A stretch of 64,000 nt of DNA from Lingula anatina (taxonomy: Eukaryota > Animalia > Brachiopoda), in assembly GCA_051362555.1 (NCBI GenBank), contig CM120640.1:48958788-49022787 (forward strand). Direction: 5' to 3'. This document shows positions 11,209 to 24,500 of this stretch, piece after piece (positions within the stretch are counted from its first letter, which is position 1; each line of letters begins with the position of its first letter). Under the pieces are notes generated by a model. The model worked only from the letters and a program-made list of their open reading frames with translations. It was not told the DNA's origin and did no database searches. The translations under genes and the position numbers were made by a program.

Positions 11209-14200
11209 CATACTTGTAAGTTAAAAAAATACAGAAAGTGTTACAAAGTTACAGTACAGGGCTCCTGGTCGATGGGAGTGATAAGTCACATCTTGAAAAT
11301 GCCAGTTTGAAAAATTAAAAATTAAAGAAAAAATTACAAAAAATATTCCACTAAAGCTGCCATTCAGTCTAGCTGCATAACCATGATATGAATCATCCAA
11401 CTTCAGTTTAAACAGTGTAAACAAGTCACAGAAATATAATATATTTTGTTTTACCACAAAAAGGGCAGTCATAGCTATTATTCTGATATCTGAACTTGTC
11501 ATCAGACCATGTGACCTCCATAGGTGGCTATACTTTGTAATAATTTCTTAAGAGATTTTAACAAAAAAAACTTTTTAGAAAAGAATTATTTGCCAAAAAA
11601 GAACAGTTATTATCCCTTTAACTGTAAAAAGTCAAGTTGCAAATATTGCACAACAGGTAGTATCAATAAAAGTGAACTGTTACATACCCTTTGGAGTTAT
11701 AAGTCCCACACTGAAAATGCCAGTAGGTAAAAGATAAAAAATTCAAAAATATATACAACAGAATAACATGGTCAATAAGATTACAGTTTCAGGACCATAT
11801 GTGAGAGTTCAAATTCACATAATGAAAATCCCTATATGTGAAAAATGATGACAGTGCATAAAATAATATTACACAATGTTTAAAGACATAAAAACCAGCA
11901 CAACTGCTAATGTGGAAAAACAAAATACACAGCGCTTCTGGTGGATGACAGTTGAAAGTGTTATCTTGAAGATGCTAGTGTTTGAAAAAAAAAATTAAAA
12001 GAAAATGTAAAATAAAACATAACAAATAATACCAATAAAGCTGCTATTCAAACTTTTAATCTAGCTGTACAATTACTAACATGATATGAATAACCCTATT
12101 GAGTTTGAGAATAATAAGGCACTGTTATTCATCTTTAGCATTAATGTAAGCGTTACACAAAATTTTTTTTGTAAACTTATTTTCAATATTAAATAACATT
12201 TACCTGCATAAAAATCATCATTTCCTAATTATGTGACACAGTTAAGAGAGATAAACCTATGGGACTTTACAATGAAATCTCAATGTGTGTTTATGTAATC
12301 TCATTTAATGGCCACTTGAAAATTAATTAAGCAAATTATTTTATAACCCTGAAATAACTTGAAAATTAATTAAGCAAATTACTTTATAACCCTGAAATAA
12401 TTGCCTACTATCCATATACATTTATTGCACCAAATAGCACTCTACTGCATTGCTTTCAAAACAGAAAACAATTACAATGGTTTTCCAACACAAGCTGCAC
12501 TTCAGTCTTTTCAGTAAGGTTGATTATCATAAGTAACATGGTTTTCCCTTAATCGCTATCCTGGCAGCAGTGTCCAAAATAGGGTTTTCTTCAACTTTCA
12601 TGCAATAAAACATAATACTTAACAGCATATTGACCATCAATTTTTTTATAAAAAAATAAAAGTATCATGAATATTCAGAAAATGTGATTTGGGAAGGTCT
12701 TCAAGGCCATGGAAGTTCAGAGTCACACTTTCAAAATGCCAAAATGTAAACAAGAGATAACTGTACTGAAATGATTTTCTTTCCATTTTCAACACCTTTT
12801 TTAAAACAAAATAATCAATAAACTGTCATTTTTAAATGTTCAACTAGGAAAATTGTTGACATAAGAAAAATATCAATAGAACAATTTTCAATGTCCAATT
12901 TGCTCCATTTGCAGATGCTGAACATAGTGATTGATTAAATCTGACAAACTGCAATGATGAGTTCCTTTCCATTTATGAAACTTTATTACACAATGCACAA
13001 TAACAGGTTTACCGTCATTTTTATATAATCAACTAACAATATTGTTAAGAAGCAGAAAATGTCAAAACAACACTTTTACATATCTTATTAGTTACATAAT
13101 GAGACTGTTAACATGCCCAAGAATTAAATCTGAAGAAATAACAATTATATACAAAAACACAGAAAATGCACAGCACTTCTAGTGGATGGGAGTTAAAAAT
13201 CACATCTAGAGGATGCTAGTGTTTGAAAAATAATTTTAAAAAGATTTTAAATAAAACATAAAAATTTCCAATAAAGCTGCTATTCAAACTTTCAATCTAG
13301 CTGTATTAACTTGATATTAATAACCCCACCAAGTTTGAGAAAAATAAAGCACTGTTATTCATCTATAGCATGTTGGCATAACACATTTTTTTTTTTTTTT
13401 TTGTTGTAAATTATTTGCAATGTTAAACACCATTTATCTGCACAATTATCACCAAATCCTAATTTTGTGACACAGTTAAGAGAGCTAAACCTATGGGACT
13501 TTACAGGGAAATCTCAAGGAGTGTTTTATGTAATCTCATTTAATGGCCAATTGAAAATTAATGAGTAGGCAAGTGACTTTATAGACCTTAATTTAATTAG
13601 TGATCACCCATTCCTACAGTACCATCATATAGCACAAATGTGTTATAGGTGTTGCATACATGCTGAAAAAAGTGAAAAAACAGCATTACTTCCCTAAAAA
13701 TGACCCGAACATGCTGATTTTCAAACTTGACCTGCGTATTATAAATATACATTTGTTCTGCAAGTTTCAAGCCAAAAGGTAAAATGGTTTTCCACTTATC
13801 ATGTTATCAGTGTTGCATATATGCTGAAAAAAGTGAAAAACAGCATAACTTCCCTAAAAATGACCCGATCATGCTGATTTTCAAACTTGACCTGCGTATT
13901 ATGAATATTCATCAGTTCTGTAAGTTTGAAACTAAAAGGTAAAATGGTTTTCCACTTATCATGTTATCGGTGCTGCATATATGCTGAAAAAAGTGAAAAA
14001 AACAGCATAACTACCCTGAAAATGACCTGATCATGCTGCTTTTCGAACTTGACCTGCGTAATATGAATATTCATTAGTTCTGCAAGTTTCAAGCCAAAAG
14101 GTAAAATGAATTTTAACTTATGTTATCAGTGTTGCATATATGCTGAAAAAAGTGAAAAACAGCATAACTTCCCTAAAAATGACCCCATCATGCTGATTTT

Positions 14201-17200
14201 CGAACTTGACCTGCCTATTATGAATATTCAGCAGTTCTGTAAGTTTCAAGGCAAAAGGTAAAATGGTTTTCCACTTATCGTGTTATCGGTGCTGCATATA
14301 TGCTGAAACATGACAGCACTGTTCTGCAATGGGTTTTCTTCCATTTTTAAAACACTTTTTTAACATAAAACAAAATAAACAGTTTACTACCATTTGTATA
14401 TGACCAACTAAGAAAATTGATGAGATGGGAAAAATATCAATAGAACAGTGTTAAATGTCCAATTTCCTCCATTCTGAGATTCTGAAGATAGTAGATGATT
14501 GAATCTGACAAACTGCAATGATATGAGTTTATTTCCATTTTTGACACTTTATTACACAATACACGATATCAAGTTTACCATCATTTTTACATAATCAACT
14601 AACAATGTCATAAAGATGCAGGAAATGTCAAACAAACACTTTTACGTATCTTATTAGTTTAATAATGACACTGTTAACATGCCTAACAATTGAATCTGAG
14701 GAAATGTGAAAAAACAGCATAACTTCTAAAATAATGGCCTGATTATGCTGATTTTGGAACTCAACCTGCGTTTTAGTAAGATTGACCACTCCTGTAAGTA
14801 TAATGACAATTGGCCTATCTGTTTTTCTTATATTGTGTTATCAGTGCTGCATATATGTTGAAAAAAGTGAAAAAATAGCATAACTCCCCTAAAAATGGCC
14901 CCATCATGCTGATTTTCGAACTTGACCTGCGGATTATGAATATTCATCAGTTTTGTAAGTTTCAGGCCAAAAAGTAAAATGGTTTTCCACTTATCGTGTT
15001 ATCGGTGCTGCATATATGCTGAAAAAAGTGAAAAAATGGCATAACTTCCCTACAAGTCACCCGATCATGCTGATTTTCGAACTTGACCTGCGTATTATGA
15101 ATATTCATCAATTCTGTAAGTTTCAAGCTGAAATAAAAAACAGTTTTCCACTTATCGTGTTATCGGTAAAAGTGCACGACGGCAAGGACGGCGACGACGG
15201 CGACGACGGCGACGACAGACGCAGATGATGGCTATATGTACAGACACATCTGTGTCTGTACATAAAAAGATATAGAATGCATGTGTCCATTGTGTTTTAT
15301 AGCACAACAAACGTCACATCTACCACAATGTACAACATTAATCACAATCAGTGTTATCACCCTCGGATAGATAATATTAGAGAACTAAGAGTACTTTGAA
15401 GCGTTAAAAAGCACATATGCCATTTGTATGAAATTAAGTTATTCTGTTGCGAATATGACATTTTCTTGTTCGACTTAAATTTCCCATAACTTAAATATTT
15501 GAAGTGATGTTCGTAATGAAAATCCCAAATTACGAGCATAGAGGTTCATAGTAGTGGGGGATGATCAAGAATTTAAAGCGGACTGATTGAAATTCAAATA
15601 TCTATCTTAGCTCGCGTTTGGTTAAGACGTTTTGAATACATGTAAGGTTGACAATGAGCATTTGGGGATATGTACCAAAAATAAAAAGCAGTAGGATTTT
15701 TTGCAACATGAAATCCCCCCCCCCCCCCCCAACCACAACTGGAAAAAAAATCAATATCCCAACTCCCGACTTACCGACTTTGACTCTAGCGGCTTGCTGA
15801 ACCACGCCGTATTTATTCTGTGCCACGCAGCTATAGTCGCCCTCGTGGTGCTTGGCGAGCTCCATGATTTGCACCCATCCAGTCACCTGGTACTTCTCGG
15901 GCCCGCCACGAGAACTGATCGAGATCTTATGATCGTTTCCTGGAAAAAAAACATGTACATTCTCGATAATTGTCGGGATCACAAGCATTATGGCAGATAA
16001 CTTGTTGAACACGTTCTCGACGTCCTGCGTGCAGTATGAAACTAAGCATTTCCCATTATGCTGGCACCGTGCCAAGAAATGTTCTTATCTGGTCTTGGAC
16101 GAATTCAACCTTTTTTTGTCCAAGCCCTGTTTAAAATTTTACTCCTATCCTCATCTTCCAATGGGGCTTGGCGTAGTCGTCCTAATCTCAAACCGTCCTG
16201 TTTGACTGGGACTAAATAACATGAGCTGTTTCGTTGGAAGCAAAGTCCCAAATTAAGTTGCTTATATCATTTTATGGCACATGTCTCGAAAATACATATA
16301 AACCCACAAGACACATGATTATAATGAATTTATGCAGCAATTACTGATAGGGCCTATACCCACGATGAAAAATGACAATAATTAAAAGAGGAAAATGTGC
16401 AGTGGCTGCTGAAATGCAAGATATCGGTGTTCAGGTCGATGAACGATTATCATCATCAATCTAGTGGATTACTTGGCCTTAGGGGGCGTTAGTAACATCG
16501 ACCCAAGCATAATCCATTTCTTCTGTGTCGCAAATTTTAAGTGTCTAGTTTGTGATTTAAAAGAATTCCCTGTCATTCGGAGAAGCAACCTATGCTGAAA
16601 ATAAAAACCCAAATATGTATTAATTACTGTAAAGCGACAATTGCGTGGTTGCCACTAACCGTATTATTTTATACACAAGTCTACATAAATTAGTTAAAAT
16701 GATTTGTCAGTGCTTAAGTGCTTAAAAGGAGTCATACTTTTTTGACAAGCCAGTGAAAGAAAATGCCCATGAAATACTTGTTTGTCACTGTATACTTGGC
16801 TAGGCTTTGTTGTTGTTGTTATCCATTCACGGAAATGGCTTTGATTCAGAGCACATGACTCACAGGCTGTATTTCCCCAATTATCAACCCAAGCACAGCC
16901 CAAACTTGATCACAAGATTCTCTTTTTTTTCAGAACATGCACAGTTAACCTAATCGAACAGTGTTAGGGCGGGTCATTTTCCAAGCTTGGAGATGTTTAG
17001 GACCGCTTGGATGCAACCAGTTCGTAAACAACCCACGTTTTAGCAACGAGCTTACAGACGCAGATAAAATGCTGAAACCAGTTTGGATCTAAAACATGTC
17101 ATCAAACGAAATTTATTAATATGTTATATTTATCAGGCGAGCAATGATATCTCTCTTAGCACCGTGCGCCCAAAAGATATAAGCAATGAGACCGGCATTT

Positions 17201-20200
17201 AATTGCACAGGTATAACAGATCCAAAGCCAGATGGAAAATAGCTATGTTTTCAAAAAAGTTAAAACAATTAATGTTTGAGCAGAACTTGAAGACTGGATG
17301 TGTTTTTGTTTTTTATTCAACCTGTGCAAAGAGAAAACGTGTAACGGATTAGAGTGAGCAGAGAGCACTGTATATTAGTATTGGCAGTGTAAAAGGAATC
17401 GTGTCGTAAACTGCCAATTGCCACATACTGTTGTGCATGAGGCCTTAAATCTTTCGCCATGTAATTCAGGGCGTACTTGCACAGACCTTAACAATTTGTC
17501 TTTCTTCAGAATACGATAATATAGCAAAACAAGCATGACTAATGAGCACCAATGTAATTTTGAAACATTCGCCAACAACCCCACCTTCCTGTGAATCAGT
17601 ATTTTCACAGGATCGTGAGCGTTTAAGGGAAGTGGGGTTTTATAAAGAATAACCTTGTGGCCCTTGCCAACTTTAATAACGATTTCTTTTGCTGCCAACG
17701 AGCTTTACGAGCCAGTGTGATTGATGAAGTAGACTGGTATTTTGTGCAGGAAGTGGCCGTCTCGCCTTGGTTAACCTTTCCCATTACTAATATGACGACG
17801 ATATAAACAAATATAAAGATAATATATAGATGAAGGACAAAATTTATATCATTTGTCAACAATTTGGCACAAAGGGCACCTCAATTATACCGCTGTTTGA
17901 ATGATTCAAAACATACATTACGTCATTTACAGTGTTTGAATAGTTAATTCTACATCCTTTCCACCCAATTCTGCTTGGCTTGAGTGGAACCTTTCTTTAT
18001 CTGAAAGGTCTAAAATTATGTCAGGCACTTAATGCCACTAATCTGGAGCAGTCATAAACCGGCAGGTTATTTTCTAAGGTGATACCTCATTTTCGACCTC
18101 AAGAAAATGTTGCAATTCGTCGGAAACGAGGTGAGAATAATGGCATTTATATGTATGCTACATGTAGTGGTACTTACTGGGTAAAACGAACGTCTTGTTG
18201 TCCACTCTTTTCCAAGTCCACTCCACTGTGGGCACTGGGAATCCAGACACCTCACACGCCAGCACCACATTCTTATGCAGTTTGCCTAAAGTGTGGCTTG
18301 GGGGAGAATCTATTCTCGGGGCTAAAAAATAAAATTAACACAAAAATCAAACAAACAAAATTAAATTCATCAACATAGGAGTGCAGAAAAATGATAATTG
18401 TGGACTAAAATATAATGATTAAGTAAGTTGGATAGAAAATAAAAGATCTGAAACTCATTCATCCCAATGTCTCTTGCTCAGACGACCAATAAATGGTTAT
18501 TTGATGGGCAATGAGCCTCAAGTCTAGTTTGGTCCGATGTCTGCTACTTTCTTCATTTTAAACCTCCAAATGTGAAACAATGGAAGAACCCGCCCCCGTC
18601 GACTCTGAAACTCAGTCTTTTGGGAGTTACTTGCTAAATGCAAGATCAAGGATAAGATTAAGTGTGAAATTCAGGGTGGTCCGTAATTCCTGCTCAGCCT
18701 TGCGCAGTTGTGAACACCATGCAATCTGTCAAGGCAGCATACAAACCAAATACCCAACCAAGGCAGTATACCAGACCCCACCAAGAAATCTATTAAAGCC
18801 TAGGCCATCTGGGAAACACATACACCAGAGAAAAGATAAATAGCAGTTGCAGATACAAACCTTTGGAAACAATGGACATTATCGTCAGCTTTATGGCGAC
18901 GACACATAGCAACGGTTCTTATGCTAGCTAATAAGTGATGTCTCGTGTAGCTTAATTTGATGAGAAAAACATGCACACTGAAAGTCAGACAGACCTAGAG
19001 AAAATCATACTTTATCGGGGATTGTCCTTAAAAATAAGATCGGTCGGGAGAAATGTACAAATTAAATGTTCTATATTCTTACGCACCGACAGCAGCTGCA
19101 ATATGTGATAACTTTCGCGTATAAGGCTTGTGATTTAGAACACTACGTTTATACAGCAGATACAGCAACACTGAATTAAAACCTACCAATAACAGACTCT
19201 TGTTAACTAGCACTTTTCATGAAAGATCCATCATCCCTTTGCTACCATCTCTATGCTATACCATATACATTGTACGCACAACATGAGCTGAAACATCAGC
19301 TTACTTCAGTCAAAAAGGTTCAGGTACCAGAACATTCAGTGCATACCAGCTTTCGACCGTCAGCCAAGTTCTGTTTACCTGTTACATATTTTGTCGTTCC
19401 TGGTATTTGTATGAAAATAGTAAATGTGTACAACTATCAAACCGATTAATCTTTGGGTTTGGTCACTTTTTGTAGTGCGGTGAAGCAGAGCGGCTAGATC
19501 ATTTTCAGTCTTTTCAGTTTTTGCATTGACAAACTGAAGTATTGCGTTTGAATATTTTAGGATTATCAAACCTATTGCTTAAGGTTAATAACAGCATGTT
19601 ACCTAATCCGGATAACAGAATGCTTACATTTTAACAGCTATAGATAAAAATAAATAACACGTAGTTATGCAAACTGGAATCTGAGATCGGACATGTGGTA
19701 TGCTGATGCATTTAGAAACAAAGTTCTATTTATACGAATGTCTCAATGATTCTTCGATGCTTTTTTGACATGCAAATATCATTCGAATCATGCAGATGAC
19801 ATTTTGAGAAAAACGAGAGTCAGAAGTTGGTGCGTTAATACAATAATGATAGAAGGTGGCCTTCTCAAAAGAGATTTGAGCACCTCATCCTTTCTTCATA
19901 CACGTGCTATGTCTGCTTGAAGACACGCTTTCATACATTTTCAATATTTTTGCACATATCTACAGGAATTCCACAAGTCCGTGACAGGAGGGTTATAAAG
20001 CTGTGCTCGTGCTAGGGCCTCTGGCAGCTGCTGAAAACGACCAGTATATAATTTCTATTCCCGTGGTTGAATGACCAAATAGGAGAGGGGTGTCTTTGTT
20101 TGTAGATTATATAACTGACTGATTATTTGAACCGGTCTATTTTGAGAATTATAATTTGACTAATGGTGAAATGCTCATGAGATGAATTTCGAGTAGTATT

Positions 20201-21395
20201 TTGGTTGAATATTCTTGATAATGAATTTAGATGCACGCTACAACCACAAAAGTTTGAAGATACTGCCCTACGGCTCATAGAATACGCATATGAATGAAAT
20301 AGGAATTTATTGATCTGTGTACTTAGGTAAGTGAAAAAGAAGTGCCTTCAAGCGATTTTTTTCAGCTTAGAATAAAAAAATATATGTCGATATTCCTTTC
20401 AGTTCCTATACAGTATGGTAATAATTTAGCAATAGTATGCGGCAGACAGGGCATGTGGATAACTGCCTTTCGGCAGAATCCTACTAATGGAACCAGACGT
20501 GTTGATATGAAAATAAACGGCCGTATATAAACTGTGTACAATCTGGTCTTCACATGGAAAATCTTTTATACCCTTTACCTAAATTCCAGGGAATGGGGCG
20601 TCACATAAAAACTTAACCTTCATATCTTTAGAAAAATACATTGAAAACACCTGCTATGATTTTATTTAACGTAAATCCCCTGTTAATATAAAATTCAATA
20701 TTACATGCAAAGAAAAAATAATTGAAAGGAGAGTAAAGGCGTGCTACATTTTACTAGACATATAAATGAAAACCAAGCAAAAAAGCTACATTTGCACTTA
20801 TTAGCGTATGTAGGTGTAAACTATGAGACACCGGTTACTGCTATGCCATTATACATCAGAAACTTATATGAAAACATAGTATCAACACAAACAAAAAGGT
20901 GCACTAAATGGTGTTTTTGTTTTTAACCTACTTACCACTCTTACAAGGTCCCTTCCTAAACACTTTGATGTCCTTGCCAGTTTGCTTTTTAGCAGCAGAA
21001 AGATCACACATGGTTTTGTAGGTCTCCCCGTCAGAGCCACAGACGTGTTCGTTGCCTTCCATGCACATACAGATAGCCTCCTTGGGGGCATCTGGAGAAA
21101 TGTCGTCTCGGAGAACGCATTTGAGATTATCCCCACAGTGACCGAAGTAGATATCTGGGCGGGTGACTCCAAAAATATCGCACAGCTCCCCGGCTTTCCT
21201 TCCACAAACCTTGCAGCAGTGACAGCGGTCTTTCACAAGACCGGCCTCGCAAGTTGAAAGATCCGTCTCTTTAGGGCAGCGATTTAAATCACAGATCGGA
21301 CAGTCATCGGGTATCTGCTCTCGGGTGGGCTTCTGGGCAAATGCTAACACAAGCAGGGCGGAGAAAAGCCCCAGATACTGGCCTATATTAGCCAT
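10620..21395 (-). CDS. IGFBP7: IGFBP-related protein 1 / IGFBP7-IGFBPL1-KAZALD1 family (signal peptide, IB domain, Kazal, Ig I-set), about 263 aa, 4 coding exons
   Basis: Exons: 21395-20936 (signal peptide, IB domain DRCHCCKVC, Kazal VCGSDGETY..C), 18321-18178 (APRIDSPP..VVLACEVSGFPVPTVEW), 15939-15775 (SRGGPEKYQVTGWVQI..HEGDYSCVAQN) and 10642-10620 (DTKDEEL*). All introns are GT-AG in phase 1, and the total of 792 nt is in frame. The symbol denotes the family; the gene is probably co-orthologous to IGFBP7, IGFBPL1 and KAZALD1. The last exon is less certain than the first three. Confidence 0.9.
10826..11050. mobile_element. Fold-back MITE-like insertion with long imperfect inverted repeats
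   Basis: CTCCAAGGGGTTTCTCACTAAATTGCTTTCAGTTTAAGCGGCTTAG pairs with CTAAGCCACTTACATTGATTGCAATTTAGCGAGAATTCCCTTGGAG. Weaker pairing continues out to TTAG...CTAA ends. Confidence 0.65.
11146..11206. repeat. (TA)n microsatellite
   Basis: Pure TA run of about 60 nt following an A-tract. Confidence 0.95.
11920..13585. repeat. Diverged dispersed duplication, about 11920-12350 versus about 13160-13585
   Basis: Shared blocks such as CCAATAAAGCTGCTATTCAAACTTT, GCACTGTTATTCATCT, GTGACACAGTTAAGAGAG.TAAACCTATGGGACTTTACA and ATGTAATCTCATTTAATGGCCA occur in the same order. Confidence 0.8.
13640..14307. repeat. About 160-bp tandem repeat array (4 units), core repeat of the HINE
   Basis: TGCTGAAA recurs at 13661, 13822, 13982, 14141 and 14301, a period of 159-161 bp. 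Confidence 0.9.
14700..15170. repeat. About 160-bp tandem repeat array (3 further units)
   Basis: Same unit (CATGCTGATTTTCGAACTTGACCTGCG...TTTCCACTTATCGTGTTATCGG). It is separated from the first array by a diverged copy (14308-14700) of 12757-13140. Confidence 0.88.
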
Positions 21396-21521
21396 CTTCT
21401 GAGGGATTGCCTTACGCAGAACGGAGTTCCTACTCACCACAAATAGCCAAACCACCACAAATACCAGCAGCTAGTCCTCCCGAGATATTGGCCCACAAAA
21501 GCACCCGTGAGAATACTTGAG

Positions 21522-21529
21522 TTTATAAA
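21522..21529 (-). promoter_or_regulatory. Candidate TATA box of the IGFBP7-like gene
   Basis: TTTATAAA about 130 nt upstream of the ATG at 21395. Confidence 0.35.
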
Positions 21530-24500
21530 CTGGTACTAAAATGGCTTCTGAACACCCGCGCTCCAAGGCTTAATCCCTTTAATGACCTTCAGTTTACATT
21601 TGGTTCAAGAAAATGTTCTGGCGTTTAGCGCAAACGTGCAATGTTAGTTAATCACCCTATTTTACCGGCTATATAAGCAGAATAAATGAAAGCCATCTGG
21701 CCCGCTTACTTACATACGATTATGTATCGGAAGCATTTTGCAAACGATTCTTATATATTTCTCAACTTTGTATTTTGTTTGGTGGTAAGTTAAGAGGATT
21801 ACCGTATAGTGAAAACTGCGGTCTTCAGGAAGATGTATCAAGTTTCTAAAGACTGGCAGATGTTGATGTCCATGCACAGCGCCCTCTGGCTATTCATTAT
21901 ACACTCAAAACTGAGATATGCAAAATTATAGCCTGACAATTCATAAAATATATGACTGGTTAAAGTAATAATGTTTTTTTTCTGGTGAAAATACAACAAA
22001 CCATAAAAGATATATAATTTGGCATTATAATTTACACATTTTATCCTGATGCTTCAGATCGAGAAACCAACAAATACTTTCAAGATTCCCTGTCGCATTT
22101 TGATGCGAGTGTAACCTAATAATAATTACTCGAGTAATATCTTAAAGAATCAGAAATATGTTGGGAACTTATCCGGGATGTATGCTGTGCACTTACCATT
22201 AGATTAAAAACAAAATACATCCGAAATCTCTTACCAAAAATGCAGTAAAAGGATTGTGTCGGTTGAGTTGAGCAACTGATGCAATTATATAAAAGGAATA
22301 ACCATAGCAGCTTTGTTGAAAGTTAAATTTTGAGGACAAATACATGTTTAAAAGAAACGATGGTAATGCTAGGAAATGCCAGGTTACCAAACCTTAGTCG
22401 AGACGCCAGGGCGGGAGATGTTAAAAAATTTACAAACCTCACGGCCTAGACTTAAATAAGATTTTAGATATGATAATCAATGGGATGATGAATTGAGCAT
22501 TTCATGTGAGACAATTGAAAAATAAAATGCATATTTGACTTGAAACAAAATCTAGTGATATGTGCGATTCTGAACATTTTGAAAGACGCGTGATTGCATG
22601 ACTTGTTCAAAGTTTAAATTGGCATGCTGTCCGGGTTGCCAGATTTTATCATTGGAATGTCAACAGTAGATTATAGTGCACGATCTATCATGAATCAACC
22701 GATTATTGATTTTTGATTCATGTTTGTCTTTCACTACAAAATGAAAAGTCAGTTTGTGGGGAAAAAGTCCAATATGACTGTATGGGTGTATGTAAAATTA
22801 AGAAGCACCGATAACAATGTCATATAATTTTAATTGGATCAATATCCCAATCAATTAATCATACATTGTCTACGGCAACAAGGCTATAATACAGCTGCAA
22901 TGCTAGTAGACGTTTACATAATCAGTTTGAAAATATTCCATCCCGAAAACTGTATAGTTAATGTAGGACCTATTTGTCTTCTATCTGCTAAAATCGCTCA
23001 TTTCTCATTCTTTTGATTTTATTAGAGTCGACCTATGATTATTAAACTTTCTTTATCTCATGCGTAAACTGCCATCGTAGTACATGTATGTAAGCATAGA
23101 GATAACTTACAGTCCCGCAAACATCCCCATCATGGACTGAAGGACAGATATTAGCGAGGCAATGATACACAGAGTTATCGTCTATATTTGTGGTGTTAAT
23201 CTCAATCACAATGAAAATTTTTTATCTTGTGATCTATGTCCTGGCGCAGTCATGATTTTTTTCTGTTGAAAGTATCTGCATATAAGTGCATATCAGTGCA
23301 CGCTTTTATGCACAAATTATATATTTTTGAAACATATCTTATTTTGGCATGCAATTTTACTAACATGTTGCTACTTGTAAATTAAAGAATTTTAATCAAA
23401 ATGACGACATCCAGTTTTCCTATTTTCAATATAATCCCACGAAAACAATTTAATCAAGCCTTCGTTTTCCCCAAAAATATTTCCAGAAATGCATGGCAAT
23501 AGGCGTGAGGTGGTTTGTCGTACCGTCGCTAGGCCCAATAAATGATGGGATTGTTAACAAGATCAATTAGCCTTAAAGCAAACTGGCTTATAAAGGGCGT
23601 TAATTTTATGTAGTTACCTCGTGCCTGCCAAGAACTCTAAATAATGAGGAATTGCAGAAAAAGTTTCTCGTTTGTACCCTCTGGTATCAGGGACTCCTAA
23701 AATAGTACACTAAATTACAGTGTGAGCCATTCAACATTTCTGTAACAGACTACTAGCGCACCCTGTGGTCAGAGAGTATTTCATTTGTATACTTGTCAGC
23801 AGCTGAAATCTAATAGTTGAAATCAGTAAAAAATAATAATAAACACTCTTTGGAGTTCTGCCACAGACTTACCTTCTCTTCCGAACTCTTTGTGACCTGC
23901 GTGGGACATCAGCTTCTACCAGAAACTGCACGCTGCGGTTTATTGCAGGGAGCTTTAAATCGGAGTCCCTCCCCGACCTGTCTTCATGCATGACAGCTAT
24001 TGTCCTGTTTCACGTTATTCACAGCTAAAAAGAAAAATCATATTGCTCAGCAGTGTCAGCACACTTTGGAGATGAAGTTCACTCATGATATCCACAAACT
24101 AAAGCTACGTTGCTTTTTTCTTTTATATTTTTCTTTTGCATTTTTTTTCTTTCCTAACAAATTAAAATCTAGTCCGATTTTTTTTTATAAGACTTCGGGT
24201 TCGAATGAACCTTTCACTTGATCTAAAACCCGCCCCAGGTCTGTTTGCCTTAAACTTTTGGAGCCGACAGCCCGTTAGTACACAAAGCAGTTAACGAACA
24301 AATTTATTTTGTGAAAGAACGAATCCAGCTGATATCTCATAAAACGCCAATACGTAAGAGCTCAGATTACAATGCATAAAGTCGTTTAAACATTTTGAAT
24401 TAAAACAGAATCCCTGTTACTATAGACAGATAAAACAACCGAATAAGACCATTGATAAAAGACTCAAATTTGTTCGTCGAAAGTCAACTCAAGTGAAAAG

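Larger units (their letters stand above)
10646..15268 (-). mobile_element. Composite non-autonomous Helentron-associated element (HINE/DINE-1/pearl-like), about 4.6 kb, in IGFBP intron 3
   Basis: Subterminal inverted repeat ATGTACAGACA (10669-10679) matches TGTCTGTACAT (15253-15263). There is a 14-bp terminal hairpin at 15235-15264, a (GACGGCGAC)n microsatellite at about 15178-15220, a small stem-loop GGCAGC-AAA-GCTGTC near the other end, T-tract flanks and internal 160-bp core repeats. Confidence 0.7.

Noticed and set aside
15016-15228. 70-aa ORF ending in DGDDGDDGDD
   Set aside because: It is a translation of one satellite unit plus the HINE microsatellite.
17375-17862. Overlapping 107- and 79-aa minus ORFs in IGFBP intron 2
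   Set aside because: No recognisable domain and no compatible splice sites; exons 2 and 3 already join into an intact Ig domain.
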